Virus record (IMG/VR): IMGVR_UViG_3300028048_001320
From: an uncultured virus (IMG/VR IMGVR_UViG_3300028048_001320)
Taxonomy: Duplodnaviria; Heunggongvirae; Uroviricota; Caudoviricetes
DNA length: 64,000 nt
Strand: one strand, 5' to 3'
Under the pieces are notes generated by a model. It ran no database searches. It saw only the letters and a program-made list of their open reading frames with translations, and was not told the origin of the DNA. Position numbers and translations under genes: made by a program. Of the stretch, positions 29,903-38,354 are shown in pieces. Each line of letters opens with the position of its first letter. Within the stretch, counting starts at the first letter, position 1.

Positions 29903-30320
29903 ATTTCTACTCTCATACGTTATGCAACTCTTTACTTTACGAAGCAGTTGCCGCACCGTGTACTACATTGGTACAACTATCACTGGGTGAACCGTAAGCT
30001 TGACCTGTCCCAGCTTGTTGATTGGGTCTCTCAGTCATCAACTTGTTGATGCTGTCACTCGTAGCCGCTTACTCAGTTATATCTCAACTTCACACCTCGT
30101 TCTACGACTCCCCTATCTATAGTCGGAATTCCGTTAACAATGGGTACTGTTGTATCGCCCGCCTATCTTGGGTGACCTGGGGTCTTCAGGTGGATGTTCT
30201 CTAAAGCATTACGCGTAGCTTTAGTTTTTGTTGTTGATTTGTTGTTTTCGCCGTATACCTTACCATTCCTTTTAGAGGCTCTTCCTCATTACCGACGCAA
30301 ATGTTTTTAATGTAAGGTTT
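29903..30320 (-). ncRNA. Unassigned large (about 420 nt) structured RNA
   Basis: GC-richer non-coding interval between tRNA-Pro and tRNA-Asp with about 10 hairpins and an A/C-rich linker. Confidence 0.55.
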
Positions 30321-30322
30321 AT

Positions 30323-30391
30323 TGGAAATGTAGGACTCGAACCTCTCAACAACATCCCAAATGTCGTATGCTACCATTACATCACATTCCC
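30323..30391 (-). tRNA. tRNA-Pro(TGG)
   Basis: CGACA-TTTGGGA-TGTTG; AGGTTCGAGTCCT. Confidence 0.8.
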
Positions 30392-30430
30392 ATCATGCAA
30401 TTTACCCATGCACCAAATTGCGAAATGTAC

Positions 30431-30603
30431 ATGAGAAGCGAGTTTCCAGGGAACCCTTTCTCTTCCTAAACCTGCATTGGCGTGACATCTTTTTCTCATT
30501 TACGTTGATATGGTGAGGAACGCCTAATGCTAAGGCAATCTCCATGTACGCTTATTAGCCGAGTTAATAAGACCGAGTTTTTATAGTGAGTTTGCTTTCT
30601 CAT
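30431..30603 (-). ncRNA. About 173-nt structured RNA starting just after a promoter
   Basis: ATGAGAAAGC/GCTTCTCAT closing stem; GCATTAGGCGT/ACGCCAATGC inner stem; promoter at about 30615-30647. Confidence 0.5.
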
Positions 30604-30726
30604 TTATTTTCTATATATATTATAGCAAAAATTTTTTATTTTTGCAAATTTTTTATCAAGGTAGAGAGAGCGTTTCCTCATTTAATCCTGACTAACTGCT
30701 CGTAAAATCCAGTCCCCTTGATAGAG

Positions 30727-31279
30727 TAGACCGTACAGGATGTGCGCCTGTGACCTCGTGTTTGATTCAACAATGTTACTTATTAATTATTTTATTCACC
30801 ACCTTTTCTAATTCATATTCTTCTGCAAAAGTAATCCCTTTTGTCTGACCATTTTTTGGTGCAGTAAATCTAAGTCTTTTTCGAGTTGAACATTCCTCAA
30901 CAGGAATTAGATAAGCTTTTTCATTATAAAATGTCATAAAATAATCAATTTGTTCTTTATTATATGTATGTCTAACAAATTTACCATTATGAGTTGTTTT
31001 ATTAGCACATTGAAATTCAATATACCCTTCATTAATATGAGTATTTGAAGAGGTTTTAACTTGAATTTTTAATAGTCTACCTTGAATATCAACTACAAAA
31101 TCATATCGTTCACAATCTCCATAAGGAGTTAAAACATTGTAACCAAGTTTCAAAAATGCTAACATACATTCTATTTCTGTTATATTGCCTTTTTGTTTAC
31201 TATTTAACATTATATTAAATAATATAATAAGTAATTTGCTAAATCAGACACGCGCTCTGACTGACTGAGCTAACGGTCT
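30727..31279 (-). tRNA. tRNA-Ile(GAT) interrupted in the anticodon loop by a 479-nt insert (exons 31279-31243 and 30763-30727)
   Basis: AGACCGT-TA-GCTC..GAGC-G-CGTGT-CTGAT | insert | AA-ACACG-AGGTC-ACAGG-CGCACAT-CCTGT-ACGGTCT-A; joined exons give a 74-nt cloverleaf. Confidence 0.8.
30776..31210 (-). CDS. PD-(D/E)XK homing-type endonuclease (I-Ssp6803I/PDDEXK_5-like) inside the tRNA insert
   Basis: KGNITE...PYGDCERYDFVVD...KIQVKT...IDYF...YLIPV. Confidence 0.88.
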   Translation of the reverse strand: MLNSKQKGNITEIECMLAFLKLGYNVLTPYGDCERYDFVVDIQGRLLKIQVKTSSNTHINEGYIEFQCANKTTHNGKFVRHTYNKEQIDYFMTFYNEKAYLIPVEECSTRKRLRFTAPKNGQTKGITFAEEYELEKVVNKIINK

Positions 31280-31285
31280 ATAAAG

Positions 31286-31368
31286 CGTAGAGTGAGGGAC
31301 TCGAACCCCCAACGCCTTTCAGCGCGACTGTTTTCAGGACAGTATCTTCATCCAGCCAGATACTCTAC
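31286..31368 (-). tRNA. tRNA-Ser(TGA)
   Basis: ACTGT-CCTGAAA-ACAGT (unusual C33), long variable arm. Confidence 0.85.
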
Positions 31369-31372
31369 AAAT

Positions 31373-31448
31373 ATGATATTACGAACCCATTCCGGTATGG
31401 ACCTTCCCCATACCACACATTATACGATGCGCGGCTCTATAATATCAT
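31373..31448 (-). ncRNA. Small three-way-junction RNA between the tRNA-Ser genes
   Basis: ATGATATTA/TAATATCAT, GCGCAT/ATGTGT, GGTATGG/CCATACC. Confidence 0.5.
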
Positions 31449-31453
31449 CATGA

Positions 31454-31539
31454 CGCGAAGAGGAAGATTCGAACTTCCGAAACAAAATTCGTTTAACAGA
31501 TTAGCAATCTGCCGCTTTCAGCCACTCAGCCATCTCCGC
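31454..31539 (-). tRNA. tRNA-Ser(GCT)
   Basis: GCAGA-TTGCTAA-TCTGT, long variable arm. Confidence 0.92.
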
Positions 31540-31542
31540 AAA

Positions 31543-31613
31543 AGCTCCCGCACGGACTCGGACCGTGATTGAGTGATTACAAATCACCTCGCCTACCATT
31601 AGCGGACAAGAGC
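31543..31613 (-). tRNA. tRNA-Thr(TGT)
   Basis: GTGA-TTTGTAA-TCAC; GCTCTTG/CGGGAGC. Confidence 0.85.
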
Positions 31614-31809
31614 ATTTTCAAGAGCCTAATGCCATATCTACATATAACACTAAACCCTTGTTATTATATATTAAATTTTTTTAAAATCAAGTTAATTGAA
31701 TATGTCCAAAAATTTACTTTTGTCATACTGGTAACAAAAGTATTTTTATTTCTTTTTTTATCTTACATATATATTATATCAAAATTTTTTCAAAAAATCA
31801 AACAAAAAA

Positions 31810-32589
31810 TTAATTAACAATATATATATTCGCACCTTGTCTACCGAATTGAATACAAGTATCAACATCGCCCATATATATATCAACGACTCCGCCGCCC
31901 ATTCCTCCGGTATCTTCTACAACATAAGTTCCATAACCCTCAATGTAAATTGTAGTTCCAAGAGGTAAACTGTTACATGCTACGGTATAACCAGTAGTTG
32001 GATAGTTCCCGTTAGCACAGGTATTTCCTGTCCACTCGTAGGCTGTGAGTTCATAATAACCAACATATGTCATGCCATTTTCATCGGTTACTGGTGCGGG
32101 ATCCGAGGCCTGTGATTCATCAACCCAAGTTGAATATGATTCTTCAGGTTGGGTTGCGATGTATTGAGGCTCGGGCGCCGCAATTTCATAAGTTAAATAT
32201 TCATACCAAATAAAATATAAATTATCATTATACTCAATTAAATCCCACCCATTTGGAGATATGCCGACTCTTTTTACAGATGTGCCTGCCCCTAATAGAG
32301 GACCCGCCTTATCTTCCATATTAGGCTTATAACGAGCATATACAATAGTTGATGTGTACATATCTTCATCAACTTTTTCTGCATCCCAAATATTACGTTG
32401 TGTAAATGCATCTTTTACAAATATACTATTCTCTTGTGTCTCAATTTGATAAGATACCATTAAATTATAGTATCCAGTATAGTAATCTTCATTTACGTTT
32501 CTATCTTCTGCTGCGAACACGGTCAAATTACTACATAATAATAGACCAGCTATGATTAAGCTGGTCATTAATTTTATTATTCTTTTCAT
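31810..32589 (-). CDS. Secreted 3D-domain cell-wall protein with SH3-like domain
   Basis: Signal peptide; ELTAY...TVACNSLPLGT...VEDTGG...VDIYM (3D domain). Confidence 0.85.
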   Translation of the reverse strand: MKRIIKLMTSLIIAGLLLCSNLTVFAAEDRNVNEDYYTGYYNLMVSYQIETQENSIFVKDAFTQRNIWDAEKVDEDMYTSTIVYARYKPNMEDKAGPLLGAGTSVKRVGISPNGWDLIEYNDNLYFIWYEYLTYEIAAPEPQYIATQPEESYSTWVDESQASDPAPVTDENGMTYVGYYELTAYEWTGNTCANGNYPTTGYTVACNSLPLGTTIYIEGYGTYVVEDTGGMGGGVVDIYMGDVDTCIQFGRQGANIYIVN

Positions 32590-32793
32590 TGTTACTTCTC
32601 CTTTTTCTTTCTTAATGTTTTTGTAACAAAACCTATACAAAGAAAATATCGAAAAACGCTGAAACTGTCACTTTCTTTTAACGCATTTTCCCCAGTATAT
32701 AAGATATTTTTCTAAAGCTTTATATCTCCATTAAAGTAAGCTCCTTTAATGCAACGAGACACCATATATAAAAATTAAATCATCCTTTTTTAA

Positions 32794-33093
32794 TTAGATT
32801 GTCCAATTTTTATTTCGCGCAATACGATTTATATATAGTAAATATCTATGGGCATCCGCGTATTTATTCCAATGAAATAATAATAAAGATTTACCATTAT
32901 TGCTTTTTGGATAGAACTTTTCTATTGTTGCATGATATTCATTTATTAATAAATTGACATAATCTTCAAGAGAAATACCTAATATATGAGCGGGAATCCA
33001 CCATGCCGCGCTATCATTACCTAAATCAGATGTGTCTGCTACATACCATCTTCCGGTTGGCGACTCCCATTCTGAAGCTTTATAAACGTGCAT
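32794..33093 (-). CDS. Hypothetical protein
   Basis: AGGAG RBS. Confidence 0.6.
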   Translation of the reverse strand: MHVYKASEWESPTGRWYVADTSDLGNDSAAWWIPAHILGISLEDYVNLLINEYHATIEKFYPKSNNGKSLLLFHWNKYADAHRYLLYINRIARNKNWTI

Positions 33094-33111
33094 AGTGAAC
33101 TCCTTTCTTAA

Positions 33112-33393
33112 TTAAATACCTAATCTATCTAACAAATTTGCTATATTCTGTTTCTCTTCTTCTGTAGGCGGACCTGCTGCTACATTGGTTGATGCGGTTG
33201 CCGGTGCTGAATTTACCTGACCGTCATCCCCGCCAACATTAGTCTTTGCGCAAGTAAGAGTAACCTTGATTTCTACTCTTTCACCATTCTCCATAATTGG
33301 TATACGCAATTCTTTTCCATATTCAAAACTACCTTCAAATGTTTCAAGGATTGTCTGTGTTACCTTAGCTTTACTTTCTGCTCCACGTGCCAT
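33112..33393 (-). CDS. Hypothetical phage protein
   Basis: AGGAG RBS, promoter. Confidence 0.6.
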   Translation of the reverse strand: MARGAESKAKVTQTILETFEGSFEYGKELRIPIMENGERVEIKVTLTCAKTNVGGDDGQVNSAPATASTNVAAGPPTEEEKQNIANLLDRLGI

Positions 33394-33448
33394 AAATCTT
33401 CACTCCTTTTATATTTTCTATAATTATTATAACAAAAAATTTTAATTT

Positions 33449-34279
33449 TTACAATTTTTGTTTTGAATCTGGTATAATTTGAGTATCTGTTTTTTCCATT
33501 AATTCGGCAAATTGCTCCATAGTTCGACAAGTTGAGCAAGATGAACCGGAAAGGCAGCGTTTATGACATTCTACTCGCAATAGACCAAATGTAGTTGGAA
33601 GTCGGCGGCTGTCAAGTGAAGTGTCTAAACCAATGATAATTTCTGATAAATTACCAAACCAATATCCACGTTCATATGCATCATAAATTACTTCTTGAGC
33701 AACTGATGTAGGAGTTTTAAATTCAATACCGCCATCAACATAATTTTCATAATAACGCACATCTTCAGGTCTAATAAAAAATTTCTTAACTGCGGGGAGG
33801 CCGTTCCATGCACTTTGGGCGATGTTCGCATACACTCTAACCTTCATCCCCGCACGTTTACATACAATGGATACTTGGTCTAAACAAAATCCTAATATAT
33901 TTGTAATATAAACTTCGCTTGGTTGAAGACGAATTATAAATTGTAATATTTCCCAATTACCAATTAAGTCAGTGAACATATATTTATTACAACAATCTTT
34001 AATAGCATTAAATTTAATTTCGTCTACTTCATCACCATTAGCTATTGTTTTTAAAGGAATTTGTAAAGTCCAATTTTTATATTTACAAAGTTCATGAAGC
34101 CTATTAAGATGTTCTTTTGTTTGAAATAAATCTTCTCTATTTACTACAAGGTATATATGTTTATCCGCATTTGTCTCAATAAATTGTTCAAGCGTATCAT
34201 CTTGAGGTCTATAATCAATTTTTACTTGTCTTGCTTTTGAAATATCCATATTCGGATTATCGTAATATATACATAACAT
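33449..34279 (-). CDS. Hypothetical protein, possibly U32-peptidase-like
   Basis: FFIRPEDVRYY, C-terminal CxxxC..CxxC. Confidence 0.45.
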   Translation of the reverse strand: MLCIYYDNPNMDISKARQVKIDYRPQDDTLEQFIETNADKHIYLVVNREDLFQTKEHLNRLHELCKYKNWTLQIPLKTIANGDEVDEIKFNAIKDCCNKYMFTDLIGNWEILQFIIRLQPSEVYITNILGFCLDQVSIVCKRAGMKVRVYANIAQSAWNGLPAVKKFFIRPEDVRYYENYVDGGIEFKTPTSVAQEVIYDAYERGYWFGNLSEIIIGLDTSLDSRRLPTTFGLLRVECHKRCLSGSSCSTCRTMEQFAELMEKTDTQIIPDSKQKL

Positions 34280-34360
34280 TTTTTATTCTCCTTATACTGA
34301 AATTAGGGTAGCGATATTCGCTACCCTAATCCTATTATTAAGTTGTATACCTATAGATGA

Positions 34361-34783
34361 CTACTCTGCGTCACCCTCAGCTGCTGCATCTACATATCCA
34401 GCTGGTGCATATGCAACTCTCTTGTTCTTATCAACCTTAATCTCTGTCTTATCAATCTCGCCAGCCTTAACGAGTGCGCTAGCTCTGTTGATTACCTTAG
34501 CCTTTGTAACTTCTGGAAAGTTCTCAATAAGCTTTTCTGCAATATCTTCTGGGAAGATTGGAGCGCCTGCTGCTTCAATAACGTTCTTAACTGCATCCTT
34601 GAGTTCATCTCCAGCAGCCTTCTTCTCAGCACGCTTCTCAGCTTCCTTTCTTGCTCTTTCTGCAATAGCATCAAGCTCCTTGTCAAGAAACTCTACGTAC
34701 TCTGCAATTTCATCTGCTTCAAAATTCTCAACAAGTGTTGCCTTAATTCCTTCAAACATATCCTTACGTGTAACCTTAGCCAT
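34361..34783 (-). CDS. Coiled-coil plus winged-HTH protein
   Basis: Highly biased codons; TKAKVINRASALVKAGEI wHTH-like. Confidence 0.6.
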   Translation of the reverse strand: MAKVTRKDMFEGIKATLVENFEADEIAEYVEFLDKELDAIAERARKEAEKRAEKKAAGDELKDAVKNVIEAAGAPIFPEDIAEKLIENFPEVTKAKVINRASALVKAGEIDKTEIKVDKNKRVAYAPAGYVDAAAEGDAE

Positions 34784-34902
34784 AATCGTGTTCTCCTTTT
34801 TTAACTAATTTAATTATATTTTTCTTATCTTTGTAATTACATTATATCAAAAATTTTTATATTTTTCAAGTGGCGGTTATTGGTAACCGCCACTTTATAA
34901 TC

Positions 34903-35259
34903 TCAGGCAAGTGCATAAGTAGTCAATCTACGGTCATCAATTTTAACCTTTGCCTTTACAATAGTGCCGTCCTCTACAAGAGGTCTGATGTGATAAATTA
35001 CCTTGTTAGGAGTTTTATCAATTAGTGTAATTCCTGCAACAAGCTCTGCAAGAGTAATAGGTCTTCCCGCATTTTCAAGAACCTTAACTGCATCATCACG
35101 GATAATAGCACCAGCTTCGCCAACTCTCTCAGCTCTCTTCTCTTTTTCCTTAGCTTTTCTATTGTCAATCTTTGCAATCTCATTCTCAAGGAAAGCAACA
35201 TACTCGGCATTGTCTTTTACAAGTTCCATAATAGCTACTAAATTCTCTCTTCTATTCAT
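34903..35259 (-). CDS. Coiled-coil plus winged-HTH protein (paralog of 34361-34783)
   Basis: EYVAFLENEIAKID; TPNKVIYHIRPLVEDGTI. Confidence 0.6.
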   Translation of the reverse strand: MNRRENLVAIMELVKDNAEYVAFLENEIAKIDNRKAKEKEKRAERVGEAGAIIRDDAVKVLENAGRPITLAELVAGITLIDKTPNKVIYHIRPLVEDGTIVKAKVKIDDRRLTTYALA

Positions 35260-35417
35260 ATTAACACCTCTTTCATAAAATTAATTATTTGTTTCATTTT
35301 CTATAATTATTATACTAAAAATTTTTGAAAATTGCAAACCGAGTATTTTTATTTATTTTTCTCTGTTTCATTTTCTATATATATTATATAAAAAATTTTT
35401 AAAAATTGCAACTTCTT

Positions 35418-36119
35418 TTAGTATTCTTCTGCGCGAGCTTCTCTATCTGCACTAAAATCATGGTATCCACTAAAGTCAAAGATAACAGGACTATCATTTT
35501 CATCATATCCAACATTACCTGAATGTAAATCATTAATATCATGAGCATCAAGAAACCTACCAAGTTTGTCAAATTTATCTTCGCCATAATATTCTATAAA
35601 ATCATTTATCCATTTAAGCGGAAGCCGCTCTGTACCTGTATAAGACTTAGCCTTACTTTTATAGTAACTATATTGTTCATTAGATACTCCCATTGAACAG
35701 ACATCTGTAAAAGGCTTTACTCTTTCTTGAATATATACTGGTAGACGCACACCATCATCAGTCTTAAAATCATCAAAATATTTTATAGTTGCGAAATACA
35801 TTTCTATACCTTCATGTACTGCCGCCTCGTAATTCTTAACTTCTACATCACAATAATTATAAGTCAGCATTTCTCCACAATCATCTTCATCAAAAGGCAT
35901 TTTAAATACAAAGTCCTCTTGCTCTGGAACGAGAACGCCTTTACTAACACCATAGTGAACTCCAACATAGTATTCTTTATGAAGTTTATGCATAGCTTCA
36001 CTAAAATCATAGTCAAAACTTTCATCATACATTCCATTTTCTGCTATTGTCTGTAAACCTGACTGTATTGCATCTTGAATTTTTAAGAATGATTCTATTG
36101 CTTTTAATTCACTATACAT
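35418..36119 (-). CDS. Protein kinase-like fold protein
   Basis: GVSKGV, VFKMP, E in CDVEVKNY, DLHSGNVG catalytic loop, IFDFSG; start at MYSE behind AGGAG. Confidence 0.7.
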   Translation of the reverse strand: MYSELKAIESFLKIQDAIQSGLQTIAENGMYDESFDYDFSEAMHKLHKEYYVGVHYGVSKGVLVPEQEDFVFKMPFDEDDCGEMLTYNYCDVEVKNYEAAVHEGIEMYFATIKYFDDFKTDDGVRLPVYIQERVKPFTDVCSMGVSNEQYSYYKSKAKSYTGTERLPLKWINDFIEYYGEDKFDKLGRFLDAHDINDLHSGNVGYDENDSPVIFDFSGYHDFSADREARAEEY

Positions 36120-36223
36120 GGTGCAATTCTCCTTTACAATTTCATTTTCTATATATATTATAACAAAAATTTTATAAAAATACAAAATAGCCTTGTGACA
36201 TCACAAGGCTATTGTTTTCATAA

Positions 36224-36466
36224 TTAATTTTCAAATTGTTTTGAAGCATCCATAATTTCTGCAAAAGTAACTGGCTTATATTTTCCATAAGCAAGAACAC
36301 AAGCGGAAATCATATAAGGACTTGTTAAGTCAGTATGATTATACCAATCTTGGCATAAATTCAGTGCCTCGTCCCATGTCATAGAAGTCTGATAGTTCGC
36401 ATCCTGATATTTAACCACCTCGCGCGCAGCCTTATCAATTACACTATAATTCATCATATTTATCAC
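36224..36466 (-). CDS. Hypothetical protein
   Basis: ORF coupled to neighbour. Confidence 0.5.
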   Translation of the reverse strand: MINMMNYSVIDKAAREVVKYQDANYQTSMTWDEALNLCQDWYNHTDLTSPYMISACVLAYGKYKPVTFAEIMDASKQFEN

Positions 36467-36669
36467 TCCTTTCCTTTAAGAGAATTTATATATTCATTTA
36501 ATCTTTCTATAAATTTCGCATCTTCTACATAAAAAGACTCTCCATACTTATTAAAATGCCATACAAGAAAATTATTAAAAAATTGTCCAATTCTCCAATC
36601 AGGATAATTATTTTTATGGATTTCTTTTATTTCGTTATAAAACTTATCAAGTCTCTCTGGGTCTCTCAT
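36463..36669 (-). CDS. Conserved small phage protein
   Basis: MRDPERL...PDWRIGQ...FYVED. Confidence 0.65.
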   Translation of the reverse strand: MRDPERLDKFYNEIKEIHKNNYPDWRIGQFFNNFLVWHFNKYGESFYVEDAKFIERLNEYINSLKGKE

Positions 36670-36740
36670 ATTTACACCTCTTTTCTTATTTTCTATATAT
36701 ATTATAACAAATTTTTTATAAGAAATAAAGCAAGGCTTGT

Positions 36741-37634
36741 TTAGCCTTGCTTTTTAACGATACATCTGCTTAACTGAGTCTGTAAAATACCATTATATTC
36801 GGTATGAGCTTTAATAGTTCCACTTAATATAACAGTATCTCCAGGATTAATATCATCATCTATAATAGACTGAGTAAACCATGTTAAGATATTATCTCCA
36901 ATAGCAAATGTGTAAAGAAGTGAACCACCCCAATCATTATTAATAGTTCTTACTTCTTTGTATACAGCAAGTTCTTTTCTAATACGGTCACCAATTGTAC
37001 CATAATGCTGTGAATTAGATGTTTTCTTATTTGCTTCAATTTTAATTTCAGCTACTCTTTTTTCCATTTCTGGAATAGCTCCCTCTTTAAAGAAAGCTGT
37101 TTTATGATAACAATTCCAAGTAAACATTTTATCAAAAGTAATATGATAGAAAAAGTAAGGGTCTGTTAAAAAGTCATCTGCGGGCTTGGTGCTATCAGTA
37201 AAAAACCATCCTAAGCCCTGATAATAGCGGGCGCCCGCTTCTTTTAACTTATCCTTAATCTGATAAGTATTTGCGCCAACAACAATATAAAGATTACCAC
37301 CTTCCATTCCATATTTAGCAAGCCATGCTGTTTTATTAGAGTCAGATGCATTTTCGAGTTCTACTTTCTTTTTCTCTTGTTTTTTTTGATATGCTTCATC
37401 AAGTTTAGCGCGCTCTTCTTCTGTATAGGCGCGAAATGTCTTATAAAAATACTTAGCTCCTCCGCACTTAAAACAAATACCCTGGTCTATATGACCATAA
37501 TAAGGAAGCTGTCCTGTACCACCGCATCTCTCACAAGGTCTGCGGCAATCTGCATACATTTTACCATTCTCTTCATAAACTTTTATAATCTTATATCCAG
37601 TTTCTTCATTGGTTCGCGCAAGTCTATATTCCAT
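36741..37634 (-). CDS. Zn-finger (DnaJ-type CxxCxGxG) plus C-terminal OB-fold protein
   Basis: CERCGGTG, CFKCGG; GTIKAHTEYNGILQTQLSRC. Confidence 0.65.
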   Translation of the reverse strand: MEYRLARTNEETGYKIIKVYEENGKMYADCRRPCERCGGTGQLPYYGHIDQGICFKCGGAKYFYKTFRAYTEEERAKLDEAYQKKQEKKKVELENASDSNKTAWLAKYGMEGGNLYIVVGANTYQIKDKLKEAGARYYQGLGWFFTDSTKPADDFLTDPYFFYHITFDKMFTWNCYHKTAFFKEGAIPEMEKRVAEIKIEANKKTSNSQHYGTIGDRIRKELAVYKEVRTINNDWGGSLLYTFAIGDNILTWFTQSIIDDDINPGDTVILSGTIKAHTEYNGILQTQLSRCIVKKQG

Positions 37635-37745
37635 TAAATATCACCTCTCTCTTTCATTTTCTATAATAATTATAACAAAAAATTTTAAAAAATGCAAAAT
37701 AGCCTTGTGATACCACAAGGCTATAATAATTATTTATTAAAATTC

Positions 37746-38354
37746 TTATTCTTCTACGATTTCAAGATTCTCAATACCAAGTTTTTCTTCAATCTCTTTA
37801 ATAGTCATACGAACTTTTTCTGGTCTTTCCCAAATTTTTTCTAGTCGGTCGTTCATACCTTCTTTAAATAAATCAAGAGTGCATAAGTTATTTACTACAA
37901 AAACTGCTTTAATATTAAATTCAGGGTCATCATAATCATATTTGTTAGTTAAATCATCATTATAACTATTAAGCCGTAGATACCCATCTTCTTTAATGAA
38001 CCTTTCAAACTTTTTAAAATACATATAATAGTCGCCACCATTTGTTTGCACAACCATGCCATCTTCTAAGTCTGCTTTTGTAAAAGATGATGGATGTAAT
38101 GGATGTAGTTCTATAAATTTTTCTAATGGCATAATATTATCATATTCTTTTTTTTCTGGTTTTATTGTAGTAAATGTTATGGTTTTGTTATCATCATAAA
38201 GATATAAATAAATTAATCTATCTACTCCACAAATTGGCTCCCATTCTGCATCGCATGGATCACTATCACGCCATGTATAATCCAATTTATCTAATATTTT
38301 CATAGCTTTACGATATTCTTCTTTATTTATGGTATAAATAACTGTTCTACTCAT
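37746..38354 (-). CDS. Hypothetical phage protein
   Basis: FTKADLEDGMVV; MTIKEIEEKLG. Confidence 0.6.
   Translation of the reverse strand: MSRTVIYTINKEEYRKAMKILDKLDYTWRDSDPCDAEWEPICGVDRLIYLYLYDDNKTITFTTIKPEKKEYDNIMPLEKFIELHPLHPSSFTKADLEDGMVVQTNGGDYYMYFKKFERFIKEDGYLRLNSYNDDLTNKYDYDDPEFNIKAVFVVNNLCTLDLFKEGMNDRLEKIWERPEKVRMTIKEIEEKLGIENLEIVEE

Noticed and set aside
29903..30320. Canonical or permuted tmRNA
   Set aside because: No GGGG..TTCGAC 5' end or T-arm/acceptor found.
30764..31242. Insert as a group I intron
   Set aside because: Only 44 nt lie outside the ORF, no P3-P7 core is recognisable, and the insert does not end in G at the position restoring the loop.
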